A DNA stretch of 56,536 nt from Candidatus Moraniibacteriota bacterium. Lineage in GTDB: Bacteria; Patescibacteriota; Minisyncoccia; Moranbacterales; UBA1568. The notes under the pieces are model-generated. The model worked only from the letters and a program-made list of their open reading frames with translations, was not told where the DNA came from and made no database searches. A program made the translations under genes and the position numbers. The stretch is taken from assembly GCA_037441965.1 (NCBI GenBank), contig JBBIRD010000005.1, forward strand, positions 1-56,536, in the 5' to 3' direction. How positions within the stretch are numbered: the stretch's first letter is position 1; every line of letters begins with the position of its first letter. Below, one piece after another: positions 26,324-35,516 of this stretch.

Positions 26324-27418
26324 ATGCAACAACTCTTTCTAGATATCGAATATGAGCACGAGAAAATACTCGCGCTTTTAAGTGATCCTGAAACAATACG
26401 AGATCAGAAGAAACTCGCTCTTTTAGGAAAACGCAAAGCTGAGCTTGATATCATATTGGAGCATATTTCCCGCCTTCGTATCATAGAAAAGAATATGCGT
26501 AACAATGCTGAAATTACACAAAACACTCACGAAGAAGAAGAACTTCGAACTCTGGCTATGGAAGACAATCTTCTTCTTTCTGCTGAAAAAACAACCCTTG
26601 AGGAAACATTAAAAAAACTTCTTCTTCCAAAAGATCCTGCTGACAATAAAGATGTGATTGTAGAAATACGTGGTGGCGCTGGTGGTGACGAATCATCACT
26701 CTTTGCTGCTGAACTTTTTCGTATGTATTCTCATTATGCTGAAAAACAAAACTGGAGAATCATTATTCTACATTCCAATCAGACAGAAGTTGGAGGATTC
26801 AAAGAAATTGTTTTTGAACTCAATCAAGGATCAGGAGAAACCCCAGTATATCAAAAAATGAAATATGAATCTGGAGTACATCGCGTACAGCGTATTCCTG
26901 AGACAGAAAAATCTGGTCGTATCCATACATCAACCGCTACCGTTGTCGTTCTCCCACAAATAGAAGAGGTAGAAATCACCATTCGTAACGAAGATCTCCG
27001 TATTGATACATTTTGCTCTTCTGGACCTGGTGGACAATCAGTCAATACAACATACAGCGCTGTGCGTATCACTCATCTTCCTACAAATACCGTCGTCTCT
27101 TGTCAAGATGAAAAATCTCAAATCAAAAACAAAGAAAAAGCTCTCAAAGTTCTTCGATCACGCCTTTTTCAACTCGAAGAAGAAAAGCAAAATAAAGAAC
27201 AAGGCGACGCAAGAAAAAGTCAGATCGGTACTGGAGATCGCAGTGAAAAAATTCGCACTTATAATTTTCCACAAGATCGCATCACTGATCATCGTATAAA
27301 AATGTCTTGGAGTAATATCCCTGATGTACTTTCAGGCAATTTTGAATCAATCATTAACGCTCTCGAAGAGGAGGATATACGAAGAAAACTTGAAAAACAA
27401 TCCAAAAAAAATACATAA
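26324..27418 (+). CDS. prfA: peptide chain release factor 1
   Basis: PET tripeptide (RF1 PxT type) in [16 protein letters not shown]; GGQ motif in [12 protein letters not shown]. Confidence 0.95.
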   Translation: MQQLFLDIEYEHEKILALLSDPETIRDQKKLALLGKRKAELDIILEHISRLRIIEKNMRNNAEITQNTHEEEELRTLAMEDNLLLSAEKTTLEETLKKLLLPKDPADNKDVIVEIRGGAGGDESSLFAAELFRMYSHYAEKQNWRIIILHSNQTEVGGFKEIVFELNQGSGETPVYQKMKYESGVHRVQRIPETEKSGRIHTSTATVVVLPQIEEVEITIRNEDLRIDTFCSSGPGGQSVNTTYSAVRITHLPTNTVVSCQDEKSQIKNKEKALKVLRSRLFQLEEEKQNKEQGDARKSQIGTGDRSEKIRTYNFPQDRITDHRIKMSWSNIPDVLSGNFESIINALEEEDIRRKLEKQSKKNT

Positions 27419-27479
27419 ACATTTTTCCATTCTTTTATACTCTCTATTTTTCGTATTTTCCATCTTCATCTGATTTAGT

Positions 27480-28367
27480 ATGATGACAATTCAAGAATTA
27501 CAGAATAACTTCCTCGGCACGAAGAAGGTATCTGCACTCGATTTTTTTGTACTTCTCAGAGCAGTAACAAAAAAAGAGAGAGCATATCTCTTTGCTCATC
27601 CAGAATATGTTTTAAGAAAAAATGAAGAGAAAAAAATACTCTCTTTTTTTTCTAGAACAATAAATAATGAGCCAATAGCATACATCTTAAACCAAAAAGA
27701 ATTTTATGGTAATCTTTTTACTGTTACAAAAGATACTCTCATACCAAGACCTGAGACAGAACTTCTTGTAGAAACAGCATTCGATGAAATTCGTATGTTG
27801 CAAAAGGATAAAAAAAATATACATATATTTGATATCGGAACAGGAAGTGGAAACATTATTATTAGTCTTGCAAAAAAAATAACAACGAAACAAGAAATAA
27901 ATACACCTCTTATAAAATTTTTTGCGAGTGATATTTTTCCAAAAGTTATTGCTGTTGCAAGAAAAAATGCAAAGTACAATAATGTTCATCATTGTATTCA
28001 TTTCCAAAAAGGAACTCTTACCACCCCTTTCAAAAAACAATTGCTCTCAAAAGACAATGATATTCTTATTACTGCTAATCTCCCCTATCTTTCTTCAAAA
28101 ATATATAATCATACATTACCTAATGTAAAAAATTTCGAACCGAAAACAGCTCTTTTTAGCAAAAAAAATGGGCTCGATCATTATTACAAACTTTTTCAAG
28201 AGATAAAAGACATAGAAAAGAAAATTACTCTTTGTATTGAAATAAGTCCAGAACAAACGAATATCTTACAAAAGAATATTCCTCGATTTTTCCCAAATGC
28301 CACCATCAAAATATTCAAAGATCTAGCAAAAAAAAATCGTGTCGTGGTCATTAGAAAAAATGCATAA
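27480..28367 (+). CDS. prmC: release-factor glutamine N5-methyltransferase (HemK/PrmC)
   Basis: FDIGTGSGNI (motif I); motif IV reads NLPY (ITANLPYL) instead of NPPY; position directly after prfA. Confidence 0.85.
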   Translation: MMTIQELQNNFLGTKKVSALDFFVLLRAVTKKERAYLFAHPEYVLRKNEEKKILSFFSRTINNEPIAYILNQKEFYGNLFTVTKDTLIPRPETELLVETAFDEIRMLQKDKKNIHIFDIGTGSGNIIISLAKKITTKQEINTPLIKFFASDIFPKVIAVARKNAKYNNVHHCIHFQKGTLTTPFKKQLLSKDNDILITANLPYLSSKIYNHTLPNVKNFEPKTALFSKKNGLDHYYKLFQEIKDIEKKITLCIEISPEQTNILQKNIPRFFPNATIKIFKDLAKKNRVVVIRKNA

Positions 28368-28381
28368 CGAACTCCACTATT

Positions 28382-28420
28382 AAAAAACAAGAACTCTGCA
28401 TAACAGAGTTCTTGTTTTTT
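28382..28420. terminator. bidirectional intrinsic terminator between prmC and the Lys-rich protein gene
   Basis: AACAAGAACTCTG-cataa-CAGAGTTCTTGTT, perfect 13-bp stem flanked by an A-run and a T-run. Confidence 0.8.
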
Positions 28421-28447
28421 AAAACTAAAAGAAGGAAAACTTTGAAA

Positions 28448-28597
28448 CTACTTTCGTTTCTTGGTGACTTTCTTTACAGCTTTTTTAACGGTCTTTTTTG
28501 CTACTTTTTTTACTGCTTTTTTTACAACTTTTTTAGTTGCTTTTTTTGCTACTTTTTTAGTTGCTTTTTTTACTGTTTTCTTTTTTGCTACTGCCAT
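28448..28597 (-). CDS. 49-aa lysine-rich basic protein (histone H1/Hc1-like composition), not in the ORF track
   Basis: Minus strand MAVAKKKTVKKATKKVAKKATKKVVKKAVKKVAKKTVKKAVKKVTKKRK*; strong SD GGAGGAGGTG (28613-28604) 6 nt upstream of ATG; terminator immediately downstream. Confidence 0.8.
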   Translation of the reverse strand: MAVAKKKTVKKATKKVAKKATKKVVKKAVKKVAKKTVKKAVKKVTKKRK

Positions 28598-29047
28598 AAT
28601 GTTCACCTCCTCCTATACCACTTCTACTTTTTATATCGTATATGTTTATACGATAGTATGTAGAAAGATGGAATTATTTATTTTTGTTTCACATCACAAA
28701 TTTTTTGCGCGTGATACAGAAAATATTTTCTGTACATTTTTATTATACTCTTTTTTTAAAAATTGCATAGAGAAAAAAATATCTGTCAAGAGTCATCATC
28801 TTTATTTTATAAAAAATATTTCTACTTGCATTCATACAATATAAAAAATAAATAAAATGAAAAAACATTTTTAAAAAATATTTTACAAAAAATATATTCT
28901 CTCTCTTGCTTATTTCAAAAAAATAAGTGCCCAAAAATATTTTCTCAAATATTTTTTAAGAAAAAATAAAAATAATGCTCTTTATTTTCTTCAAAAATAA
29001 ACCCTGCATTAAGCTGAAAATAGTCATTTTTGTCTAGTTGACAGTCG

Positions 29048-29076
29048 TTTTTCAAAGACGTAGTATAAAAAGGCAG
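29048..29076 (+). promoter_or_regulatory. sigma70-type promoter upstream of the 29194 gene
   Basis: TTGACA (29048-29053), 17 nt, TAGTAT (29071-29076); leaves a leader of about 110 nt. Confidence 0.55.
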
Positions 29077-29193
29077 AGCGGTCGATTAACTTATCAATGA
29101 ACTAAAAGATAGACATGGTAAGTTAAAAGAAGCTTCAACGTAAGCCAGTACATTATAAATATCTAAAAATCTAGAAAGAGAGGTGAATACAAT

Positions 29194-29778
29194 ATGGAAC
29201 AACAAGATCCTATGTTCGAAGAATCTACTGCAAATCAAGCGAAAGCGTGGGTACAAGACAATCTCCGCATCATCGTCAGTGTATTCATTGTTGCATCAAT
29301 TGCACTTGGTATCTATTCGTACTCACAGCGTACAGCAGAAAATACTAACGATCTCGATACTCTGCTTAATCTCAAACAGAATGAAGCAAGCGTTGAGACA
29401 GGAAGTAAGCAATCTTCTGACGAAGTGAAAGCAGAAGTAAAAAGTGGTGTCGTTGTGACAGAAGAGTTAAGCCAAGAAACAGAAACTTCTTTTGTTGAGA
29501 AAGCGGAATTAGGCAACGGGACAACTCATCTTGCTCGTCGTGCGTTAGCTCACTATCTCGAGAAAAATACAGATTCGACTCTTACTCCAGAACAGAAAAT
29601 ATATATTGAAGATTATCTTCGAAAAAATATTACTCACACTGGTACAGTTACCACAAAAACCTCTATCGAATTCTCTAAAACTCTCATCAGTCAAGGAATT
29701 GAGAAATCAAAAACATTGAACGAAAGACAATTACAGAATTTGAAAAAATATTCTGCACGTGTAAGTGCTTATCGCTAA
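29194..29778 (+). CDS. membrane-anchored hypothetical protein (194 aa)
   Basis: SD AGAGAGGTG upstream; one TM (IIVSVFIVASIALGIY); acidic/Ser-Thr-rich exterior. Confidence 0.65.
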   Translation: MEQQDPMFEESTANQAKAWVQDNLRIIVSVFIVASIALGIYSYSQRTAENTNDLDTLLNLKQNEASVETGSKQSSDEVKAEVKSGVVVTEELSQETETSFVEKAELGNGTTHLARRALAHYLEKNTDSTLTPEQKIYIEDYLRKNITHTGTVTTKTSIEFSKTLISQGIEKSKTLNERQLQNLKKYSARVSAYR

Positions 29779-29822
29779 AGAAAAGAATAGAATTATTGTT
29801 CCTTTCGTATAGTCAAATACAT

Positions 29823-29846
29823 AAAACTCCGCAACTGCGGAGTTTT
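29823..29846. terminator. bidirectional intrinsic terminator
   Basis: AAAACTCCGC-aact-GCGGAGTTTT between convergent genes. Confidence 0.8.
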
Positions 29847-29859
29847 ATGATTCAAAAAA

Positions 29860-30897
29860 TTAAAAATCTTCAGTGATATTTTTCGTTCGAGAATAACGTT
29901 CAATGAAAACAAGAAAGAATAATATACATAAGAAAACAAAGAGGAGGGAAATAAACTTCATTTGTCCCTGCGTAACAAGCGAAAGAAATGCAATCAATAC
30001 TGTAAACGCAAAAAAGAAAAATGAAATTTGTCTTTCTGACCAACCCAAACGAAGCAATTTAAAATGAAGATGCCTCTTATCAGGATGAAAAGGTGAAGAT
30101 CCACTCCTTATACGTTGCCACAGAACAAAAAGAGCATCCATAATAGGAAGAGAAAGAACAAGGAGTGCTGTTGCTATTTTAGTCCCAGCAATCACAGCAA
30201 GTACAGCTATGAGAAAACCCAAAAAAAGAGAGCCAACAGTACCTGCAAGAATACGCGCCGGATAGATGTTAAAGAAAAGAAACCCAAGAGTAACCCCTGC
30301 TCCAATGATAGCCAAAAGCGCTATTGGTGGCTGATACACTTCTGGTTTGAGACTCAAAAGAAAAATAGTAACAAATGTAACAAGAGAAACACTCCCACAC
30401 AATCCATCAAGCCCATCAAGCCAATTCATTGCATTGACAACAAGGAACACCCATAAGAGTAATATAAAAAAAGAAGTAAGTATGGCATTTTCATATGGTA
30501 AAACAAAGATGTCTCCAAACGGATTACTGACTGAAGTAATATGAATACCAAAAAAGAATATTGTCATTGTAAGCACGACCTGAAAAAAAACTTGAATCTT
30601 CCATCCAAGTTCATTTAAATCATCCCATAATCCAAAAAAAAGAATAAGCGCATTTCCAAAAAGCAAACCATAAAATTCTCGCGTCAGAAAAAGATGTGTA
30701 TCAAAGAATACAGCAAATGAGAAAGCTATGAGCATCGAAACACCCCCAAGTCGAGAAAGCACTTTTTTATAACCATGCCGATTCTCTATACGCCATAATT
30801 CTCTTTTAAAAAGTGGTGCCAGAAGAAAAAGAAGTATCAATCCAATAGTAAGAGCAAACGCAATAAAAAATGGTAAGATATATAATTCGGTAAACAT
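29860..30897 (-). CDS. polyprenyl-phosphate sugar-1-phosphate transferase (glycosyltransferase family 4, WecA/TagO-like)
   Basis: Polytopic; VVNAMNWLDGLDGLCG signature. Confidence 0.82.
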   Translation of the reverse strand: MFTELYILPFFIAFALTIGLILLFLLAPLFKRELWRIENRHGYKKVLSRLGGVSMLIAFSFAVFFDTHLFLTREFYGLLFGNALILFFGLWDDLNELGWKIQVFFQVVLTMTIFFFGIHITSVSNPFGDIFVLPYENAILTSFFILLLWVFLVVNAMNWLDGLDGLCGSVSLVTFVTIFLLSLKPEVYQPPIALLAIIGAGVTLGFLFFNIYPARILAGTVGSLFLGFLIAVLAVIAGTKIATALLVLSLPIMDALFVLWQRIRSGSSPFHPDKRHLHFKLLRLGWSERQISFFFFAFTVLIAFLSLVTQGQMKFISLLFVFLCILFFLVFIERYSRTKNITEDF

Positions 30898-30900
30898 AGT

Positions 30901-31308
30901 TTAGTAATTAATAAATACTATTCCTGCTTCCGCGATCATTATTCCAATGAGTAAGAGCGTACTAAAGAAAAGAAGAACATACGAAGCAATTCGTTCTTGT
31001 TTCTGATAAAAGAAATATGAGAAAAAAGAATGAATGAGAAAAAAGAACAATCCTGTCATTGGTAATACATACAATTGCCACCATATACCTTGAAGATCCA
31101 CTCCAAAATAAACATTGTAATGAAAAATTAAAATATCTTCTGATGGTCTTATAAAATACGCAAGAAACAAAAAATTTGTTATAACAAGAAAAGAGGCACT
31201 GCCAAGAAGAAATTGAATGATTTCATTGTGAAAAAAAGTGATGTCAGTATTGATATTCACAATAGAATGTCTATCAGTATTCTTTTTACCTAATAGAAAT
31301 AATGACAT
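30901..31308 (-). CDS. small membrane protein (135 aa)
   Basis: 3-4 hydrophobic segments; 3-nt gaps to both neighbours. Confidence 0.55.
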   Translation of the reverse strand: MSLFLLGKKNTDRHSIVNINTDITFFHNEIIQFLLGSASFLVITNFLFLAYFIRPSEDILIFHYNVYFGVDLQGIWWQLYVLPMTGLFFFLIHSFFSYFFYQKQERIASYVLLFFSTLLLIGIMIAEAGIVFINY

Positions 31309-31311
31309 ACA

Positions 31312-32379
31312 CTATTGTTCAATAAATCGATTATCAGATATCACCTCATGATCCATACCAAGACGCGCGCGTTCAAGATCGTTCGTTACGCGGAATAATC
31401 TTCTTTCCACTTCATCATATTTTTTATGTGCGTTGCCTATATGACTTCCTAGAATATCAAACTCGTCAGTAAATTTTTCATGCTCACGAGCAAGTTTCTC
31501 AAGTTGACCCATAATCTCTTTTGCTCTTTTCTCAATCTGAAGCCCTTGCAATCCAAAAAGTATCGTTCTCATATACGCATAAAAAGAATTTGGCGATACC
31601 GGTATAACACGTTTTTTTGTCAAATAATCAAGCAGTCCTTGTTCATCATCATCTTTAATAATAATTTCATAATAAACATTCTCAGCAGGAATATACATAA
31701 GTGCAAAATCCAAAGTGTTTTCTTCAGGAACAATATATTTACCCGAAATAGCATCTACATGCTTTTTAACATCATTATAAAACTGCTTCCGCGCAGTACG
31801 TTTTTCATCATCAGTCTTTGCAGTCAAGATCCTCTTGAAATTCTCAAGCGGAAATTTTGAATCAACACTTACCAGTCCACCTTTCAACTTAATAATTGCA
31901 TCCACTACTTCTCCGCTCCGGAACATATATTGAAGCACAAAATTTTCTTTTGGCAACATCTGAGAAAGAAGATCTTGAAGCATAAGTTCTCCAAAACCAC
32001 CACGAATCTTTGGCGCCTTTAAAATCTCTTGAAGAGAGGCTACTTCTTTACCAACTTCAAAGATTTTTTCACTCGAATTTTTCATTTGTTCCAAACCTCT
32101 CTGAACATCGGCATACGAACGAGCCGCTGTATCAAGACGATCATCAAGGCGTTTACTATTATCAGCTAAGCGATTATCAAGTGTTTGTTGAAAATGAGAA
32201 AGCTGTTGATTTAAAGCATTAGCGACCGAATAAAGTTCTTTATTCAGTCTTTGCCCCATCATTTCTATTTCTTGTTTTGTATTATTTGTTGATACCTCCC
32301 TCGAACGCAGAGAAAAAACCAACCAAAAAATAAGACTCACAAGAAAAAACAAAAGGAATAGAGTTATCCAGGAAAGCAT
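31312..32379 (-). CDS. rmuC: DNA recombination protein RmuC
   Basis: N-terminal TM plus coiled coil; [10 protein letters not shown] ... [11 protein letters not shown] RmuC nuclease-like core. Confidence 0.85.
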   Translation of the reverse strand: MLSWITLFLLFFLVSLIFWLVFSLRSREVSTNNTKQEIEMMGQRLNKELYSVANALNQQLSHFQQTLDNRLADNSKRLDDRLDTAARSYADVQRGLEQMKNSSEKIFEVGKEVASLQEILKAPKIRGGFGELMLQDLLSQMLPKENFVLQYMFRSGEVVDAIIKLKGGLVSVDSKFPLENFKRILTAKTDDEKRTARKQFYNDVKKHVDAISGKYIVPEENTLDFALMYIPAENVYYEIIIKDDDEQGLLDYLTKKRVIPVSPNSFYAYMRTILFGLQGLQIEKRAKEIMGQLEKLAREHEKFTDEFDILGSHIGNAHKKYDEVERRLFRVTNDLERARLGMDHEVISDNRFIEQ

Positions 32380-32402
32380 AAACAGAAAAATACAATGATT
32401 AT

Positions 32403-33008
32403 TTATTTTTTCAATCCTGAAATGAAACGCTTGAGTTCCGGAACTTTGTTCGTCACCTCTTCATAAGGAGCTTCGAGAAATTCAATAAAGAAACGATCAA
32501 GCATATTTAACCGATAATGAAGCTCTTCATTGTTCATCAAAACAAATCGAATCTCTTTCCCCACTTCAGCTTCAAGATGGGTAATGGCATGTTTTAATTT
32601 CGTACGATTGACATTATTTACAACAACAATCATATCAACTTTACTCTTCGGATAATTCAAAAACAATCCACTAATAAGAATCAGTTTTACTTCACCAATA
32701 ATTTTCAACTTACGAAAAACCTGCGATTGAGCGTGTACATTCAATTTAGAAACAAGACTCTTCAACTCTATATAGAAAGGGAAATTTTCATTAACCATAA
32801 AGGATTTCTTACCCTTACGAGAATGTTCTATAACAAACTTCATTTTCTGGAGACGCATCAATTCTCTCGCCGTATCCGATTTTGAAATCATTGTCTTTTC
32901 TGAAACCATTGCTGATGTAAACTCTCCTCCGGGATTCAGTACAAAAAAACGAATGAGACGCGCGCGAGCTTTCGAACCAAAAAGTGTATCAAAAATACCA
33001 AGTGCCAT
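32403..33008 (-). CDS. putative winged-helix regulator (201 aa)
   Basis: [50 protein letters not shown] resembles an ArsR/MarR-like wHTH; C-terminal half unknown. Confidence 0.5.
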   Translation of the reverse strand: MALGIFDTLFGSKARARLIRFFVLNPGGEFTSAMVSEKTMISKSDTARELMRLQKMKFVIEHSRKGKKSFMVNENFPFYIELKSLVSKLNVHAQSQVFRKLKIIGEVKLILISGLFLNYPKSKVDMIVVVNNVNRTKLKHAITHLEAEVGKEIRFVLMNNEELHYRLNMLDRFFIEFLEAPYEEVTNKVPELKRFISGLKK

Positions 33009-33143
33009 AGCATTACATTCATTACAAAATAAACTGGAAAAAGAAAGATTTTTTATTTATTATACGAAAAAAAGACAAGAAAGTCAAAAGCGGTGTTTTT
33101 TTCACAAAGAAAAGGAGAGTAAAAAGAAAAAACATACTTTTTT

Positions 33144-35456
33144 ATGAAGAATTATGTTATAATAAAAGACATATACTTCTCTTCGATCAATGAAGATGAA
33201 GCGTTTGTTTATGTAGATTTCGATCGTGAAACAAATATGTTGGAAAAAAAACAGAAAGATAAGCTAAAATGCCTACCAAATCTTGAAAAAAGAGTTACTG
33301 AGATATGTGTTGAAAATCATCGTACATCAGAACCTTTTATCAAGGTTTTTCAATACAACGAAGAAAATGTTACAAAAAATTCTCTCGGATCATTGGTTGG
33401 TGTTTTTGAGGTGTCTGATAAAAGTGAAGATTCGACATATATCGTTAATTTTATTGCATCAGTAGCAAAGAAAGAATACTTCAGCAATGGACGACGAGGA
33501 TCAATAGAAAGTCTTGAAGCATCACTTCATAAAATAAACATTGCTCTCGCAGAACTTGTTAAAAATGGAACAGTTGCATGGCTCGGAAAATTTCATGGAG
33601 CGATTGGTATTCTTGAAAAAAATAATTTTCATTTTTCAGTAACAGGAGATGCAAAAATATTGCTTATTCGCGAAAATACTCTTTCAGAAATCAGTGATGG
33701 CATTGCTTCATCAGAATCAAAAACGCATCCTATAAAAACATTTGTCGAAATATCTAGTGGGCGATTATTAACTCATGACAAAATCATTCTTACTTCACCA
33801 GAACTTTCTTCTCTCTTATCAAATGAAGATATAGAAAAGAATGCAAAGCGTATGGACGATGAGCATTTCTCACGATTCATACGTACCGTACTTATTAATC
33901 AAGTAAATATCGGCGGATCAATCATTGTTGATATCGACGAACCAATGATTGTCCCTAAAAAGAATCCTAAAAGAACAAGAAAAGAACAACCAGACATTAC
34001 CAATGTTTTTAGTCAAAACACATTTGTAAAAGAAAATAACCCACAAGATAATCCCTCAGAAATCATACATAACAATTCTTCGACGAAAGAAGATGCAAAA
34101 GAGGAAAAATATAGAAACAGAGATACAGGTGATATTTTTATACAAGGAGACTCTTTTCCAGAGACAACAATGCCTATTATAAAGGAAGTTTCATATATTC
34201 TCCACACATTCACAATGACAATATTACACAATGTCTCGAGAAATAATAGAAAACTTCTCTTGTTTATTCGCGTAATGACAGACAAAATCTCTCTTGCAAG
34301 CACAAAGATGTTCGTATCATTACAAAAGAAAATACAAAGAAATTTAAAAAAATATTCTCAATCTTTCCATTCTTCTCTACAAAAAAATGAGAGAGAAAAA
34401 AGAGAAAGCGCTTCTTTCAAAACATCAAAAAAAATAGACACTATTTCTCATTTTTCAAAAAAGATATCTTCACAACTTATCTCTCTCTTAATTCAAACGA
34501 AAAAAAATTTCTCTACTTTTCTTCGAAAATGTGCTCTTCGATATGAAAAAAAGACGCTGATTATTGGGGTATGTATCTTATTTTTCCTCATTTTTTCTTC
34601 TGTATATTTTATTCTTCATACAACAAACACTCAAACGGTCACTACGGAAGAACCAACTACTCTTCCTACACCATTATTTCCAATTCAAACAGAAAAAAAC
34701 GCGCATATATTTCCATCTTCATCCACAATAGTTACTACACTTTCTGATTCTATTCTCACTATGGTCAGTATGAATGATGAAATATATCTCATTACAGCAA
34801 CATCTATCATTAATGTAAATAATCAAAAACAATTTCCTCTCCCTTCAAACAATGGAACTATACAATTTGCTTCAGTTATGGATGATCTTCAGACTATATT
34901 TCTCTACACAAGCGAAAAAACACTCATTTCTTTCACTCCTACAAATAGTAAATTCGCATCAAATATACTCAATATATCTCCCCAAGCAAATGTAAAAGAT
35001 ATTGGTACATATCTCACATATCTTTACATTCTTGATGAAACTAGTCATCAATTGTATCGATTTCCAAGAGCAAACGGCGGTTTTGGAACAGCTACTCCAT
35101 GGATCAAAGAGTCTTTTTCAGTTTCACAAACACCTCATATAGCTATTAGTGATACTATTTTTATTTCTCAAGAAAATAATGTTTCTCTTTTCTTCCGTGG
35201 TCATTTCGTAAAAAATTGTGAATTAGGAGAACTCCCTCTTTCCATCACATCACTTTTCACAAAACCAGATTTTCATTTCGTATATGCTCTCGATACAGAA
35301 AATAAACGCATACTCATCTGGGATCAATCAGGTTCACTTATTGCACAATATTTTTCAGAGGAATTTGCTTCTGCAAAAGAAATAGTAGTCAACGAAGCCC
35401 AAAAAACACTCTTCGCAACTACTGACACATCTTTACTTTCATTCCCTCTTCCGTAA
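33144..35456 (+). CDS. large single-pass membrane protein (770 aa), unknown function
   Basis: Globular N-terminal domain, K/S/E-rich linker, TM (LIIGVCILFFLIFSSVYFIL), beta-rich C-terminal domain. Confidence 0.65.
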   Translation: MKNYVIIKDIYFSSINEDEAFVYVDFDRETNMLEKKQKDKLKCLPNLEKRVTEICVENHRTSEPFIKVFQYNEENVTKNSLGSLVGVFEVSDKSEDSTYIVNFIASVAKKEYFSNGRRGSIESLEASLHKINIALAELVKNGTVAWLGKFHGAIGILEKNNFHFSVTGDAKILLIRENTLSEISDGIASSESKTHPIKTFVEISSGRLLTHDKIILTSPELSSLLSNEDIEKNAKRMDDEHFSRFIRTVLINQVNIGGSIIVDIDEPMIVPKKNPKRTRKEQPDITNVFSQNTFVKENNPQDNPSEIIHNNSSTKEDAKEEKYRNRDTGDIFIQGDSFPETTMPIIKEVSYILHTFTMTILHNVSRNNRKLLLFIRVMTDKISLASTKMFVSLQKKIQRNLKKYSQSFHSSLQKNEREKRESASFKTSKKIDTISHFSKKISSQLISLLIQTKKNFSTFLRKCALRYEKKTLIIGVCILFFLIFSSVYFILHTTNTQTVTTEEPTTLPTPLFPIQTEKNAHIFPSSSTIVTTLSDSILTMVSMNDEIYLITATSIINVNNQKQFPLPSNNGTIQFASVMDDLQTIFLYTSEKTLISFTPTNSKFASNILNISPQANVKDIGTYLTYLYILDETSHQLYRFPRANGGFGTATPWIKESFSVSQTPHIAISDTIFISQENNVSLFFRGHFVKNCELGELPLSITSLFTKPDFHFVYALDTENKRILIWDQSGSLIAQYFSEEFASAKEIVVNEAQKTLFATTDTSLLSFPLP

Positions 35457-35465
35457 GAAAACAAT

Positions 35466-35504
35466 AAAAAAGAGAAAGATTCAATCAGAACCCTTCTCTT
35501 TTTT
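35466..35504. terminator. bidirectional terminator between convergent genes
   Basis: AAAAAAGAGAA-(17 nt)-TTCTCTTTTTT. Confidence 0.5.
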
Positions 35505-35516
35505 CTTCTTTACTGT

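Noticed and set aside
28412-28844. Two overlapping Phe-rich plus-strand ORFs (83 and 127 aa) in the ORF track
   Set aside because: They are the antisense image of the Lys-codon (AAA/AAG) repeats of the 49-aa minus-strand gene. That gene has a strong SD and a terminator, and the plus ORFs have neither.
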